Source of the DNA: an uncultured Bacteroidales bacterium
Lineage (GTDB): Bacteria; Bacteroidota; Bacteroidia; Bacteroidales; UBA7960
Assembly: GCA_964589855.1 (NCBI GenBank)
Contig: CAZPVB010000002.1
Location: forward strand, 12,274 to 76,273
Direction of reading: 5' to 3'
DNA: 64,000 nt
The position numbers and the translations under genes were made by a program. Under the pieces are notes generated by a model. The model saw only the letters and a list, made by a program, of their open reading frames with translations, had not been told where the DNA came from and searched no databases. Of the stretch, positions 9,401 through 18,638 are shown one piece after another. How positions within the stretch are numbered: position 1 is the stretch's first letter; the number at the start of each line of letters is the position of its first letter.

Positions 9401-11389
9401 CAGTGTGTAATTAGTAAGCAGAACAGCACTTTCTGATTCTACTATTTCATTGAACTCAACACTAACATGTGTATCATCAACTCTGATAAGTTCTTCGTAA
9501 ACAACAGGTGCAAAAGTATCGTCGTACCAGGTTAGGTCACCTATAATTTGTAAGTCTCCACCAATCATCTCATCAGCGTTAAGCAGTGTAAGATTATTGT
9601 TTGCGGCATCTGCATAAATGGGGTCAACTTCAATTGAATTAGTGGCAACGGGTAGAGTTTCAAAGCCATTCACATAGCAATAATCAGGGGTGGCAAAAGC
9701 TTCTTCAATTGAGCCAGCTACTTCGCTGAATATACTGTTGGTAATCTGTACGTTACCCGTCATATCCCTGAATTTAAACACACCATCAGAACCACTGATA
9801 TTGTTAAATGTAGCATGATCAACTGTAACATCTGTACCTATTGCAACCACACCACCGGAAGATCTGTAATAAATAACCGGACCACCAATATTGTTAAATG
9901 AACTATTGGTAATGTTTACAGCACCATAAGTTTCTTCTGTTGTATAAAAATTTATAAAACGTTGGCCAGAATCCCATACCAGTGTATTTTCAACAGAAAT
10001 AGTAGAACCACCTGCCTGTATTCTGAAGCATCCGTTACTGTTGGTGTTACCGTGTATATCACAGTCTTTCACATGAATATTCACCTGGTCGTCAGACCGA
10101 ACCAATAAACCAATTTCGTTCGACTGATCAAACTCAAGGTTTTCAAGGGTTAGTGTAATTACCTCACTGGTATTTCTAACCCTGAAAATACCTGCCCAGC
10201 TGTTGGGGTTTGCGGTAAAACTCAGAACGGGTTTATTGACAAGATCGTCAGCCCCTTTGATAGTAGCGGTTGCCGAAAAGTCGGGTGCTTCGGTAAAGTC
10301 ATAAACTCCACCATCGGTAGTCAAAATATAGGTATCGTGTGCAGATGCATTGATATCAGCAATTAAATCAGCAATCTGATCTGTTGTATATTCATTTGGA
10401 ACAGATGAATCATCGTACCAACTCAGGTCGCCTAATGTCTGAGAGTCTCCACCAATCATTTCATCAGCATTCATCAGGGTAAGATCATTATTATCAGCAT
10501 CAGCAAAAACGGGTGCGGTTTCGATTGAGTTGGTTGCCACGGGTACAGTTTCAAAACCATTTACATAGCAATAATCAGGGGTGGCAAATGCTTCTTCAAT
10601 TGAGCCATCTACGTTACTGAATATGCTGTTGGTAATTTGAATCGTACCTGTCATATCCCTGAACTTAAATACCCCTTCTGTTCCACCAATGTTGTTAAAG
10701 GTAGAATGATCAACGGTTACATCGGTACCAATGGCAACAATACCACCGGAAGAGCGGTAATAAATAACAGGACCACCAATGTTGTTGAACGAACAGTTAA
10801 CAACACTCACTGCACCAAAAGATACATCGGTTGTGTAGAAATTTATAAACCTTTGTCCAGAATCATATACCAACGTATTTTCGAGAGAAACGGTGGAACC
10901 AGCGCCCTCTATCCGGAAGCTTCCGTTGCTATTGGTATTGCCATATATAGTACAGTTTTTCACTACTATATCTGCCTGGTCATCAGAACGGATCAGCAGA
11001 CCGATTTCAGTGGACTGGTCAAATTCCAGATTTTCAAGGGTTAGTGTAATTACTTCGGTTGTGTTTCTAACTCTGAAAATACCCGCCCAGTTGTTGGGAT
11101 TGGTTGTAAAGCTCACAACAGGTTTGTTGTCAAGGTTGTCAGCTCCTTTAATAGTAGCAGTTGCCGATACGTCGGGTGCTTCGGTAAAGTCATAAACTCC
11201 CCCATCGGTGCTTAGAATATACGTTTCATATGCTGATGCATTGATGTCTGCAATCAAATCAGCCAGCTGATCCACGGTATATTCATTTGATGTTTGGGCA
11301 CTCCCAAGATAACTTGTGAGCAGAAGCGCCATGAAAATGAAAGTCATTTTTGAGATGACGATCTTTTGAATGTTTGTAAATACCTTCAT
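6452..11389 (-). CDS. Giant secreted multi-domain beta-helix protein (three beta-helix modules, Ig-like domains, four copies of a roughly 100-aa module, T9SS C-terminal domain)
   Basis: 1645-aa ORF with a signal peptide. Periodic N-x-[ST]-[IF]-x-N beta-helix repeats, e.g. VNCSFNNIGG, VDHSTFNNIGG, ITNSIFSNV. SbsA-like Ig segments (NYTLSGTFGLTGNP, NYTMSGSAGLTGN). C-terminal ...AIYDISGRKIM...VYIVKV sorting domain. Confidence 0.85.
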   Translation of the reverse strand: MKVFTNIQKIVISKMTFIFMALLLTSYLGSAQTSNEYTVDQLADLIADINASAYETYILSTDGGVYDFTEAPDVSATATIKGADNLDNKPVVSFTTNPNNWAGIFRVRNTTEVITLTLENLEFDQSTEIGLLIRSDDQADIVVKNCTIYGNTNSNGSFRIEGAGSTVSLENTLVYDSGQRFINFYTTDVSFGAVSVVNCSFNNIGGPVIYYRSSGGIVAIGTDVTVDHSTFNNIGGTEGVFKFRDMTGTIQITNSIFSNVDGSIEEAFATPDYCYVNGFETVPVATNSIETAPVFADADNNDLTLMNADEMIGGDSQTLGDLSWYDDSSVPNEYTTDQIADLIADINASAHDTYILTTDGGVYDFTEAPDFSATATIKGADDLVNKPVLSFTANPNSWAGIFRVRNTSEVITLTLENLEFDQSNEIGLLVRSDDQVNIHVKDCDIHGNTNSNGCFRIQAGGSTISVENTLVWDSGQRFINFYTTEETYGAVNITNSSFNNIGGPVIYYRSSGGVVAIGTDVTVDHATFNNISGSDGVFKFRDMTGNVQITNSIFSEVAGSIEEAFATPDYCYVNGFETLPVATNSIEVDPIYADAANNNLTLLNADEMIGGDLQIIGDLTWYDDTFAPVVYEELIRVDDTHVSVEFNEIVESESAVLLTNYTLSGTFGLTGNPTSAVLADDFKSVLLEVPDLSTMNFNETVVVTVENVTDLAGNPVGDANVATYTYLDETPPVVTMAQQELNNDPGVVALAQSNETGMIYLIREDQVITVIEDFQTAIDNYVGVGAVVETADTDVQLPVSGILVGNYHAYAVDDFNNISDPSENQVVLTDITAPVVTLDAQEVNNSSGEDPVMVTTNEPGGVYLILEGETVATVADLQAAVDAGNGAMGMVEPGGDLEIGVSMDGVTPGTYFAYAVDLSENISDVSTNSVTVTEYIPLIRYYTDQQTAELSNDIISASDGDVFVLTTDGGDYALEAWHKITAKITIMADRDLVNRPVISNYRESGTYQIFRLFADGSSLTLKGVELNSKEHPTYPVKYMIRADSNIGNYSLVVEDCHFRGVLKETGTILKTYGGTHADSIIFRNCIFEDMEAISMTGLSSEDSPTWDKMEITNCTFMNIPEEAIRIKDQPSVNAEFPIDIDHATFYNVGSETKDVILADSLTKVTVTNSIFANSPSPTIFDIYGDDTNQSTIDYFNYFEANPPVAVGNGVVGTNVWNQDPQFANPSEGDLTLENMTLYSLGSDGLPLGDLRWADVLGPKVLQEVLALTDSTLLIRFSEPIDTTSAITPENYTMSGSAGLTGNVTNVELYNFHAVVITTGSFVGLTDLEIVITVANVEDLSGNVVDPDQNSVTYTVEELMPVVFAEQQDATNGMDQTVTVQASLGSGYVYIILDGVAQETEEDLDNAVAAGNGAKAEVTASYTDVAISTYAITPGIYHAYFVDGSGNMSDKDESIITITDGIAPVVSAEVQSATNGADSYVMVQSSEDNGRVYIMLDGEPQSTLADFLTAVAISNAGVADVTSADTDIEISTSGLTPGIYFAYAIDAAGNISEKGSNPVNITMSTGLETINENAVRVFNYNGNIIVSSENENITQVAIYDISGRKIMNIDGNETNRISAGMDQKGVYIVKVLDASNHVTTSKIIVQ
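9506..11287 (-). repeat. Intragenic tandem duplication, 2 x 891 nt (2 x 297 aa)
   Basis: aa 35-331 and aa 332-628 of the 1645-aa protein are near-identical (NEYTVDQLADLIADINASAYETYIL... versus NEYTTDQIADLIADINASAHDTYIL...). The nucleotide copies are offset by exactly 891 nt. I estimate about 85% identity from segments aligned by eye. Confidence 0.9.
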
Positions 11390-11479
11390 GATGTTTGTTT
11401 TTAGAGTGATAATTAATTGGTTTTTATAGCGAGAAAATCCTGAAGTATGTGTTTGGTAAGGATGAAAAAATGTATTGAA

Positions 11480-13870
11480 TTAATAGAAAAACTTGGTCTC
11501 TATTTCCCCCTTGTCATTCATCAGCCTGAGAATAAAAGGGACAAATCTGTCCATTGGAAGAGGTACGGCATAATCACCATTGATGTTGATCTCCTGAGCG
11601 ATTGCACGTCCTGAAATATCAAAAACAAAAAGGTTGTACTTTTCTGCTTCATTGGCAGGTTGTACGAATAACTTACCATTGCTGATAAACCAGTTTATCT
11701 CTATTTGGGTTTCTTCAAATACAGACGTAACGGGTCCTGTTTGTTCCACGATTACTGCCACATCGTCTGGTAGTGAGACTCTGCCATCGGTATCAGTGGC
11801 AAAGTACCGGTAAATGCCTCCATGAAGACCTTCAGTGTAAATAGGTACTGTAACACCGGGTTGAGCAACCTCTGCCCGCGCAGCCATGTGATTGGCCAGT
11901 GAGTTTTCTATATCTTCTATTGTGGTGATATTTTCGCTTAACCTGATGAGGTAAACAAATCCTGTTTTTGTGCTTTTTGCAACCCCAAATCCTCCGGGTT
12001 CGTTGTTGGTGGAAATTTCTATACCCTCAACAACAGGTCGCTCATCAGGTACGACATATTCGCTGCTGTTGAGTCCTGTAACAGAGAGTCCACTTTCAGA
12101 AAGCACATTACTGGAAATGATTCGAATGAGCGATTCGGCCGGAAGTATCCCCAGATCAGAGAAAATAAACTTTACTGATTGGTTATCAACTAATTCTAAC
12201 ACAAACGGTTCATCGTTTATTCCTGCTGTACCACCCACTTCAAAATTTTCAGGGACCACGGTTGACGGATCAACGGGAAGATTGAAATTCATCACAAAGA
12301 CAGAATCACTGAGTTTTTCAAGATTGATAAATGTTGAAAAAACGATGGTTCCATTCAATCTTTGATCGAGTTGAGTTTCGTAGAGTGATTGGGGAAAAAT
12401 CCCGGTTTTATTGTGACCCACCCATACACCATCAGGTCTGTCAGGTCTTGCACCAGGTAGTTTTTCTCCCATGAATCCAAAGTTGTAGTTTTTTGCAGAT
12501 GCCCAGGGACTCTGACAAACGGAACCACTTCCTTCACAGTTCCAGAATACCTGATTGGCACCAGCCCATCCGTGGCCAGAACCCATATCGTCGCGGTCCT
12601 GTACATTGATCTGGTTATCGGTTGTGATTTGATCGAACAATGCGCCCATGGCCCAGCGATGATGCGGACCTATATCGCTATAAGCATTGCTTGCCGTACT
12701 TTGTGTAAAAACATTAGGTCCGCATACACGTGATCCCAAAACATAGTCGTGTCGTCCTTCTGTGGTCTCACAATTTTTAAATAAATTAAGTTGCCCTTCG
12801 CAGTAGAACGAATAGCGGCGTGCTCCTGTAATAATAGATTTTGGCTCATAACTTCCGCAATTGATAACCGAGATCATTTTGGCATTGCGCTTTACAGATA
12901 CACATGCATAGGCAAAGTACCATGATTTCACATCTCTGACCCAACCATTTTTTACCGAGTTATATTCAACGGCAGTCCATGCATGGTCTTCGTCTGTTTC
13001 GGAGGCGTATTCAGACTTAAAGGCAATGTTCTCAACACCAACATTCTCTATCCGATCGAAAGATGCCTTGTAGACCATGCCACCACCAAAGTTTTCATCC
13101 AGGGCCATTACAATAGGATTTCTGAAAAACAGGGTATCCCCATTGATTTGGGTAAGCGTTCTCTCAAAATAAAAACTATAGCTTGCCGGTGTCCATTGTT
13201 GCGTTGGATCTCCGGGTGTTCCTTCTGTTATCTGATCCATTTTAATAGCAGAAATCCACTCCTGAGTACCGGGACGATAAATAGCGATCAGATCTCCGGT
13301 CTGAAAACCTGATGCATTTTCAACCACAAGGTATTGCCTTCCCACAGGGACAAAATCTTCAACCACCTCAACACCGGTGGCGGACTGTATCTGCAAAGTT
13401 GAACTGTTTCCGGCAACCACCAACGAACGATCATCGGTACCGGTGGCCCAGACTACCGTTCCCTCGTCATCATTGCCTTCACCTTTGACAACAATGCCAC
13501 TTTGGGTAATGGTTAACTGTCCTTCAACCTGGTATTCACCAGATTTCAGCAATACAGCACCTCTGAAACCATTGGCATCTGGTTCAACATCGTAAAGAGA
13601 TTCAATGGCTGCCTGTATAGTTGCGCCATCTTCGCCTTCAACAGGCGAAACTTCAACTGCAACAGGAACATCAGGAATGGGCTCATCACCGTATTTATAT
13701 CCCACATGACTGAAATCGGGTATGATGTTGCCCTCTTCATCGGGTGTATAACTCAGGGTGCCCCCGTTGCCAAAATAGACATATTCGGATGACCAGTTAC
13801 TCTGCGCTCCCACTGAATATGCTATGCAGATAATGAGAAGAGCAGGAATATATTTTAAAATTTGCGTCAT
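11480..13870 (-). CDS. Secreted beta-helix (pectate-lyase-fold-like) putative glycan-degrading enzyme with an Ig-like domain, the roughly 100-aa module and a T9SS C-terminal domain
   Basis: Signal peptide. N-terminal IPDFSHVGYKYGDEPIP...DGATIQAAIESL...GAVLLKSGEYQVEGQLTI pattern, typical of pectate-lyase-superfamily enzymes. Block GPHHRWAMGALFD...GSGHGWAGANQVFWNCEG. C-terminal NLFVFDISGRAI tail. Confidence 0.6.
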   Translation of the reverse strand: MTQILKYIPALLIICIAYSVGAQSNWSSEYVYFGNGGTLSYTPDEEGNIIPDFSHVGYKYGDEPIPDVPVAVEVSPVEGEDGATIQAAIESLYDVEPDANGFRGAVLLKSGEYQVEGQLTITQSGIVVKGEGNDDEGTVVWATGTDDRSLVVAGNSSTLQIQSATGVEVVEDFVPVGRQYLVVENASGFQTGDLIAIYRPGTQEWISAIKMDQITEGTPGDPTQQWTPASYSFYFERTLTQINGDTLFFRNPIVMALDENFGGGMVYKASFDRIENVGVENIAFKSEYASETDEDHAWTAVEYNSVKNGWVRDVKSWYFAYACVSVKRNAKMISVINCGSYEPKSIITGARRYSFYCEGQLNLFKNCETTEGRHDYVLGSRVCGPNVFTQSTASNAYSDIGPHHRWAMGALFDQITTDNQINVQDRDDMGSGHGWAGANQVFWNCEGSGSVCQSPWASAKNYNFGFMGEKLPGARPDRPDGVWVGHNKTGIFPQSLYETQLDQRLNGTIVFSTFINLEKLSDSVFVMNFNLPVDPSTVVPENFEVGGTAGINDEPFVLELVDNQSVKFIFSDLGILPAESLIRIISSNVLSESGLSVTGLNSSEYVVPDERPVVEGIEISTNNEPGGFGVAKSTKTGFVYLIRLSENITTIEDIENSLANHMAARAEVAQPGVTVPIYTEGLHGGIYRYFATDTDGRVSLPDDVAVIVEQTGPVTSVFEETQIEINWFISNGKLFVQPANEAEKYNLFVFDISGRAIAQEININGDYAVPLPMDRFVPFILRLMNDKGEIETKFFY

Positions 13871-13939
13871 AACACAATTATTAGATTATGATTGTTTCTG
13901 AAAACTAAGGTTGTTTTCCCCTGCATATCAGAAGATTAA

Positions 13940-15532
13940 TCATTGAACGCGCAATAGTTTACCGCTCTTCGTGTATGATGCCGTCTCAATTTGATAAAAC
14001 AGCACACGGTTACTAACTTTTGTACCACTTGTATTGGTTGCATCCCAGGTAAGGTTATATTCACCGATGGGTTGCTCTGCATGTATCAATTGATTGATTT
14101 CTCTTCCGCTTACGTCGTAAATGGTAACGGTAACCATCCCTTTTTTCATTACCTCGTAAGATATATTTACGGTATGATTGAAAGGGTTAGGAAATGCATT
14201 CACCGCAGGTTCGTGGATTACAAGCTGTTCTGTTCCGGTTTCAATTCCCGGGAAATAGTTGAGGTTTCCAACAGGTAGTCCGCCATCGGCAGCGGTATAA
14301 GATTGTGAGTTTGTATCATAGGAAAGATCAATCTGATCAGAGAAATATCCACCGTCTCCACCAACACACCAGCTATCGGGGTAGGTTCCGGCACTGGGAT
14401 CGGCATAATAAAGTGCAATATAGGAAATCTGGGGATCGCACATGGTGGTAAACTCCAGTGGTTCTGAAAAATACATATTGTCTGCATTTTCTTCGCCAAT
14501 TGCCTGAATAAGGAGTGGGTTTACAAAATCGGGTTGACTTACTGAGTCTATCTGATTCCATAGGTTGATTACTGATTCATCCCAGTAAATATTGTTGTTT
14601 CTTATCTCATAACTGCCATTTTCATGGATGGTATCCAGTGTAATAACAGAAAACCGTGGTGGTTCTTCAGGTTGAGTTTGTTCGGAAGTAAGAGCATCGG
14701 TATGACCAATCATCACAACATTGGCAAAAACAGAATTTTTCACTGTAGCGTTAATACAGTTACCCAATTGTATTCCACCGTGCCTTCCCACGGTATTAAC
14801 TGCCGTTAGGTGATCGATATACAAATAATTTACCTTTGTATTCATATTTCTGATAATCCTGTCAGTAAGATTGTAGGTGGTAGAGTTTTCAATGATAAGA
14901 GTATCCAGAAACTGGGCTTCCGGTCTGAGGTCAATAAACCTTCCGTTTCCACCAAATGCAGTGCGGTATCCGATGTTTCCCATGGTGCAGTTCTTAACAA
15001 AAATACTCAGCGAGTCGGCACGGGCACAAACAGAAGCTGCCCTGTCGCCATCGAAAGAAACGTTGATAAACTCATATCGTCCGCCGGTACCTCTTAATTC
15101 CACTTCCCAGTGTTGAAAACCACCATCAGGCAGATATCCCATAAAGGCGATATTTTCAAGTGTCATATCATAATATGAACGGATATAATCGAGTCCGTAG
15201 GTACCATCAGATTTTTCAGATGGTTGTATTTCTGGTGGTAAACCTTCGCCTTCTTTACCTCTGATATGCAATTTGAAATCAAAGTTTTCAATTTGTTTTC
15301 CCAGGTAGTAAATCTGATTTCTGTTAAGTTCAAAGATTACATTAGGGTTGGTTTCTCTTTCTACCGAATCTTCCAAAATGGCATAGTAGAGAAGGTTTTT
15401 ATAAGGTTCGGGATCTTCGCCCGATGCAGGGTCCCATCCTTGTACTTCTACAATCCGGGTTTCTTGCGCAAAAAGACCAAGGGAAATAATCAACAGTAAC
15501 AGCGTTACAAAAAGCGTGTAATGATTTTTCAT
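13940..15532 (-). CDS. Secreted beta-helix protein with T9SS C-terminal domain, sitting in the position normally taken by SusD
   Basis: Signal peptide without a lipobox Cys. Beta-helix repeats (VKNCTMGNIG, IIENSTTYNLTDRIIRN, VKNSVFANV) related to the modules of the 1645-aa protein. C-terminal NAFPNPFNHTVNISYEV...VTIYDVSGREI. The gene starts 33 nt after the receptor gene ends. Confidence 0.7.
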   Translation of the reverse strand: MKNHYTLFVTLLLLIISLGLFAQETRIVEVQGWDPASGEDPEPYKNLLYYAILEDSVERETNPNVIFELNRNQIYYLGKQIENFDFKLHIRGKEGEGLPPEIQPSEKSDGTYGLDYIRSYYDMTLENIAFMGYLPDGGFQHWEVELRGTGGRYEFINVSFDGDRAASVCARADSLSIFVKNCTMGNIGYRTAFGGNGRFIDLRPEAQFLDTLIIENSTTYNLTDRIIRNMNTKVNYLYIDHLTAVNTVGRHGGIQLGNCINATVKNSVFANVVMIGHTDALTSEQTQPEEPPRFSVITLDTIHENGSYEIRNNNIYWDESVINLWNQIDSVSQPDFVNPLLIQAIGEENADNMYFSEPLEFTTMCDPQISYIALYYADPSAGTYPDSWCVGGDGGYFSDQIDLSYDTNSQSYTAADGGLPVGNLNYFPGIETGTEQLVIHEPAVNAFPNPFNHTVNISYEVMKKGMVTVTIYDVSGREINQLIHAEQPIGEYNLTWDATNTSGTKVSNRVLFYQIETASYTKSGKLLRVQ

Positions 15533-15565
15533 AGTAAAACTTATTTAGGTGATAAATTGATTGGT

Positions 15566-18442
15566 TTAGAATTTATATCGTATCCCGATATCGAAGGTGC
15601 TTCCATATCGGTTTTCAGACGTAACATAGCGGGGCCTCCAGGTGTATCTGCGCTCACTTTCTGCTGTAATATTGGCAAGGTTTGCCATGAGCATGAGATT
15701 GGGACCAATTTTTTGAGATATACTTGCATCAAATCTCAAATGATCATCAACGTAGGAATAAAAGTATTCAGTAGTTTCGGATGTACCCCTGCTGCTAAAT
15801 CCGGTAAGATAAGCAGCCTGGTAAACAGCAGATAACCTGATGGAAAATCCTTCGAAATCATAACCAATGGATAGGTTTGTTATCCAATCGACCTGGTTTG
15901 GTAAGTTGGTGGCATTTCTTTGATAAAATGATGAATCGGCCAGGAAAACATTACGACGAAGAACCGGATCGTAGTATTCGAAAGGCTGGAATGTAAAAGA
16001 AAATGTTTCTGACCACAATCTTGTAGCGTTGAGGTTGAGGACAATACCATTGAAAGGTGCCGGCAAATAATTGAAATTGGTTTGCAGATCAGCTTCCAAC
16101 CCGAGCACTTTTGAATCATCAAAATTCAGATAATCCTCATCAACATCGTAAACCTGCTCAGGGTATCCTCTTTCCACTGCTTCTTCCATTCCCATTCTAC
16201 GGGTAGTTTTGGTAAAATAGTTGTCAAATTCTTTATAAAAGGCACCTACTGAGAACAATCCGAATTTGTTGGTAAAAAACGACATATTATAATCATAGTT
16301 CCATGCCGTAGCATGATGCAACTCTGTGTTGCTCTTGTTAATTCTTGCATCCTGAATATTAAGATTGACCCTGGGGGCAAGCATGTTATAAGCAGGGCGT
16401 GCAATAGTGCGGGCAGCCGACATGCGTATATCAAACCATTCGAAGGGTTTTATCTTCAGATGTGCGCTGGGCAGGAGTTCTCCATAGTTTTGGTCAGAAG
16501 TAAGATCTTTTACCTGCCCCGACTCGCCGTGAAGATCAATATCTGAATAAACACCCGAATAGGTGTTTTCTGATTGTTCGTAACGAATACCAGGTATAAA
16601 AGTAATGATCCGCCCAAAATTCAGTTTGGTCATAATATAACCGGCGTAAACGTTTTCATGCGCCTGGTATTTCAGATATTCTTCATTATAAACAGGATTT
16701 AATTCATCCTGCTGGTGCGTTTGCCATTCATCTATCCTGTCGAAATTAAATGCCGGATAAATATTGTAGCTTCCATTCCAGATACTAAGATCACTGCCAT
16801 CCTGCACAAAATTATTAAGACTTATTTTATCGTAAATGGTATATTGCATGTCATAAGGCCAGTTATCAACTGCTCTGTTTATATAAGCCTGATCGAGGTA
16901 ATACCAAAAAACTAACTGGTGGTTATGGTCATAAATCCGCTCGTCGGTTGTTAGTTTTCCTCCAATTTTCAAAAACCCTGAAGTTGACCCTCCGAGGGTA
17001 AAGTCATATTTCAGATCCAATGCAGCCTGCAAATTATCATGTTCATTCCATGCGGGAGAAAAATAGTATTTTTCCAATTGGGCATCAGCAAAATTTTCAA
17101 TTCGTTTTGCGTTGAGTGCTTCGGGATTATCTTCCATGGGAGAATCCTCAATACCATCATATTGTACGATATCAAGCGATACATCGTAGGGTTTCTCATT
17201 TACTGTGCTGCTGCGAGACAAGCGCCATTCTGCTTCTATTCCGGCAAAACGTTGCTTACCTGATAATAGTCCCTGCAGAACCGACATGGTTCCGTAATTA
17301 TGCGTGGGCCGATGCATAATTCTACCTGCATTTTCAAGTGAATTAACGGAAAGGAATTTATCGGTGCTGCGGCCACTATAAAAACCTTGCGCCATGACAT
17401 AACCGCTTGAATAATCATAATCAAATTGCGCACTACCCCCAAAGCGCTGGATGGTTTTGTTTTCATCCGTAATATTAAGGCGTGAAACCAATACCTCACC
17501 CACATCAATATTGTTCTTATTCCATCCAACATTGATCCGCTCAGAGCTTCGGTTGGTATTTTCATAATTGGCCTTGAAGATCACGCCCAGTTTTTGATCA
17601 AAAAACCGATGGTTAAAATTTAACGATCCTTTATAATTTCCCAGTTCTGACTTCAAACTGTTGTACCCTCCATACATCCTAACCTCGGTTACCGGTATAT
17701 CAGATGCTTTGATCACACCCAAATTGAGCACCCCACCGATAAAATCGCCATCCATGTCGGCAGTTGGCGATTTAAAGAGTTCAATGTTGGATAGTAATTC
17801 GGGAGATATCATGCTCAAATCTACAGAACGGTCACCTGAAGAAGTGGAAGGTAATTTCACACCATTAATGGTAACAGAAGTGAGGTCAGGACTTAATCCA
17901 CGTACAACTACTTTGGAAGCTTCCCCGCCACTGCGCTGCACACTTACACCGGGCAAGCGGCCAATGGCTTCGGCAGCATTTACGTCGGGTAATTCTCTGA
18001 TCTTATCTACAGAAACAACATTGGTCAATGCATCAGAATTCAACTGCCTGTTTATGGCCGCCCGCTGCCCCATCATCTGTGCAGAAACAATTACTTCCGA
18101 CAAACCAACAGCATCTACACTAATGGACACATTTAATTCTGTTTCACTTCCGGCAACGATTGCGGTTTCAACTCTTTTACTTTTATACCCAATATAAGAG
18201 ATAATAAATGTATATTCCCCGGAAGGAATATTCATAATGCGAAAGGAACCATCAATATCGGTGACAGTACCTGTAGACATTCCATCAATCGCAATGGTAG
18301 CACCTGGCAGAGGTTCATTGTTGGATTCATCGGTAATAATTCCAAATAGAGAGCCGTTACCTTGCGAAAAACCGCTAATGCCAAATATCAGAAAAAAAAC
18401 AGATTGTAAAAAGACAGTTTTCATTATACTACTCATAACCAA
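15566..18442 (-). CDS. TonB-dependent receptor (CarboxypepD_reg + plug + barrel), non-SusC type
   Basis: N-terminal GIITDESNNEPLPGATIAIDG...GSFRI domain. Plug motifs DKIRELPDVNAAEAIGRLPGVSVQRSGGEASKVVVRGLSPDLTSVTINGV. Terminal aromatic residue (...GIRYKF). Confidence 0.9.
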   Translation of the reverse strand: MVMSSIMKTVFLQSVFFLIFGISGFSQGNGSLFGIITDESNNEPLPGATIAIDGMSTGTVTDIDGSFRIMNIPSGEYTFIISYIGYKSKRVETAIVAGSETELNVSISVDAVGLSEVIVSAQMMGQRAAINRQLNSDALTNVVSVDKIRELPDVNAAEAIGRLPGVSVQRSGGEASKVVVRGLSPDLTSVTINGVKLPSTSSGDRSVDLSMISPELLSNIELFKSPTADMDGDFIGGVLNLGVIKASDIPVTEVRMYGGYNSLKSELGNYKGSLNFNHRFFDQKLGVIFKANYENTNRSSERINVGWNKNNIDVGEVLVSRLNITDENKTIQRFGGSAQFDYDYSSGYVMAQGFYSGRSTDKFLSVNSLENAGRIMHRPTHNYGTMSVLQGLLSGKQRFAGIEAEWRLSRSSTVNEKPYDVSLDIVQYDGIEDSPMEDNPEALNAKRIENFADAQLEKYYFSPAWNEHDNLQAALDLKYDFTLGGSTSGFLKIGGKLTTDERIYDHNHQLVFWYYLDQAYINRAVDNWPYDMQYTIYDKISLNNFVQDGSDLSIWNGSYNIYPAFNFDRIDEWQTHQQDELNPVYNEEYLKYQAHENVYAGYIMTKLNFGRIITFIPGIRYEQSENTYSGVYSDIDLHGESGQVKDLTSDQNYGELLPSAHLKIKPFEWFDIRMSAARTIARPAYNMLAPRVNLNIQDARINKSNTELHHATAWNYDYNMSFFTNKFGLFSVGAFYKEFDNYFTKTTRRMGMEEAVERGYPEQVYDVDEDYLNFDDSKVLGLEADLQTNFNYLPAPFNGIVLNLNATRLWSETFSFTFQPFEYYDPVLRRNVFLADSSFYQRNATNLPNQVDWITNLSIGYDFEGFSIRLSAVYQAAYLTGFSSRGTSETTEYFYSYVDDHLRFDASISQKIGPNLMLMANLANITAESERRYTWRPRYVTSENRYGSTFDIGIRYKF

Positions 18443-18600
18443 TAAAGATTTTAAGGAATCTAAGCGATAATTAAAAATAAAAAGACAATTAGTGACACGA
18501 TCAGTATAATACCAATGATCACCTCAGGTATTACCTTATTACTATAATTTTTAAATTTCAATTTATTAAACATCATTTATTTTTTTTCGTGGTGACAAGT

Positions 18601-18633
18601 CAAATGTAAACCAAATGTTAAGCGGGGCACAAT
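18601..18633 (-). promoter_or_regulatory. Candidate Bacteroidota-type promoter of the receptor operon
   Basis: On the minus strand: TTG (18632-18630), 21 nt spacer, then TACATTTG (18608-18601). This matches the TTTG-N19-21-TAnnTTTG consensus with one mismatch in the -33 box. Confidence 0.4.
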
Positions 18634-18638
18634 AAGAT

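Noticed and set aside
6657-11195. Several plus-strand ORFs of 80-176 aa (e.g. 6890-7420, 10637-11044)
   Set aside because: All lie antisense within the 1645-aa gene, which has strong internal evidence (domain repeats, signal peptide, sorting domain). They are typical shadow ORFs of a long gene.
13940-15532. Could the gene after the TonB receptor be a divergent SusD?
   Set aside because: It has no lipobox cysteine and no TPR-like helical sequence. Instead it has beta-helix repeat motifs and a T9SS C-terminal sorting domain.
17661-18197. 178-aa plus-strand ORF
   Set aside because: It is antisense to the well-supported plug domain of the TonB-dependent receptor.
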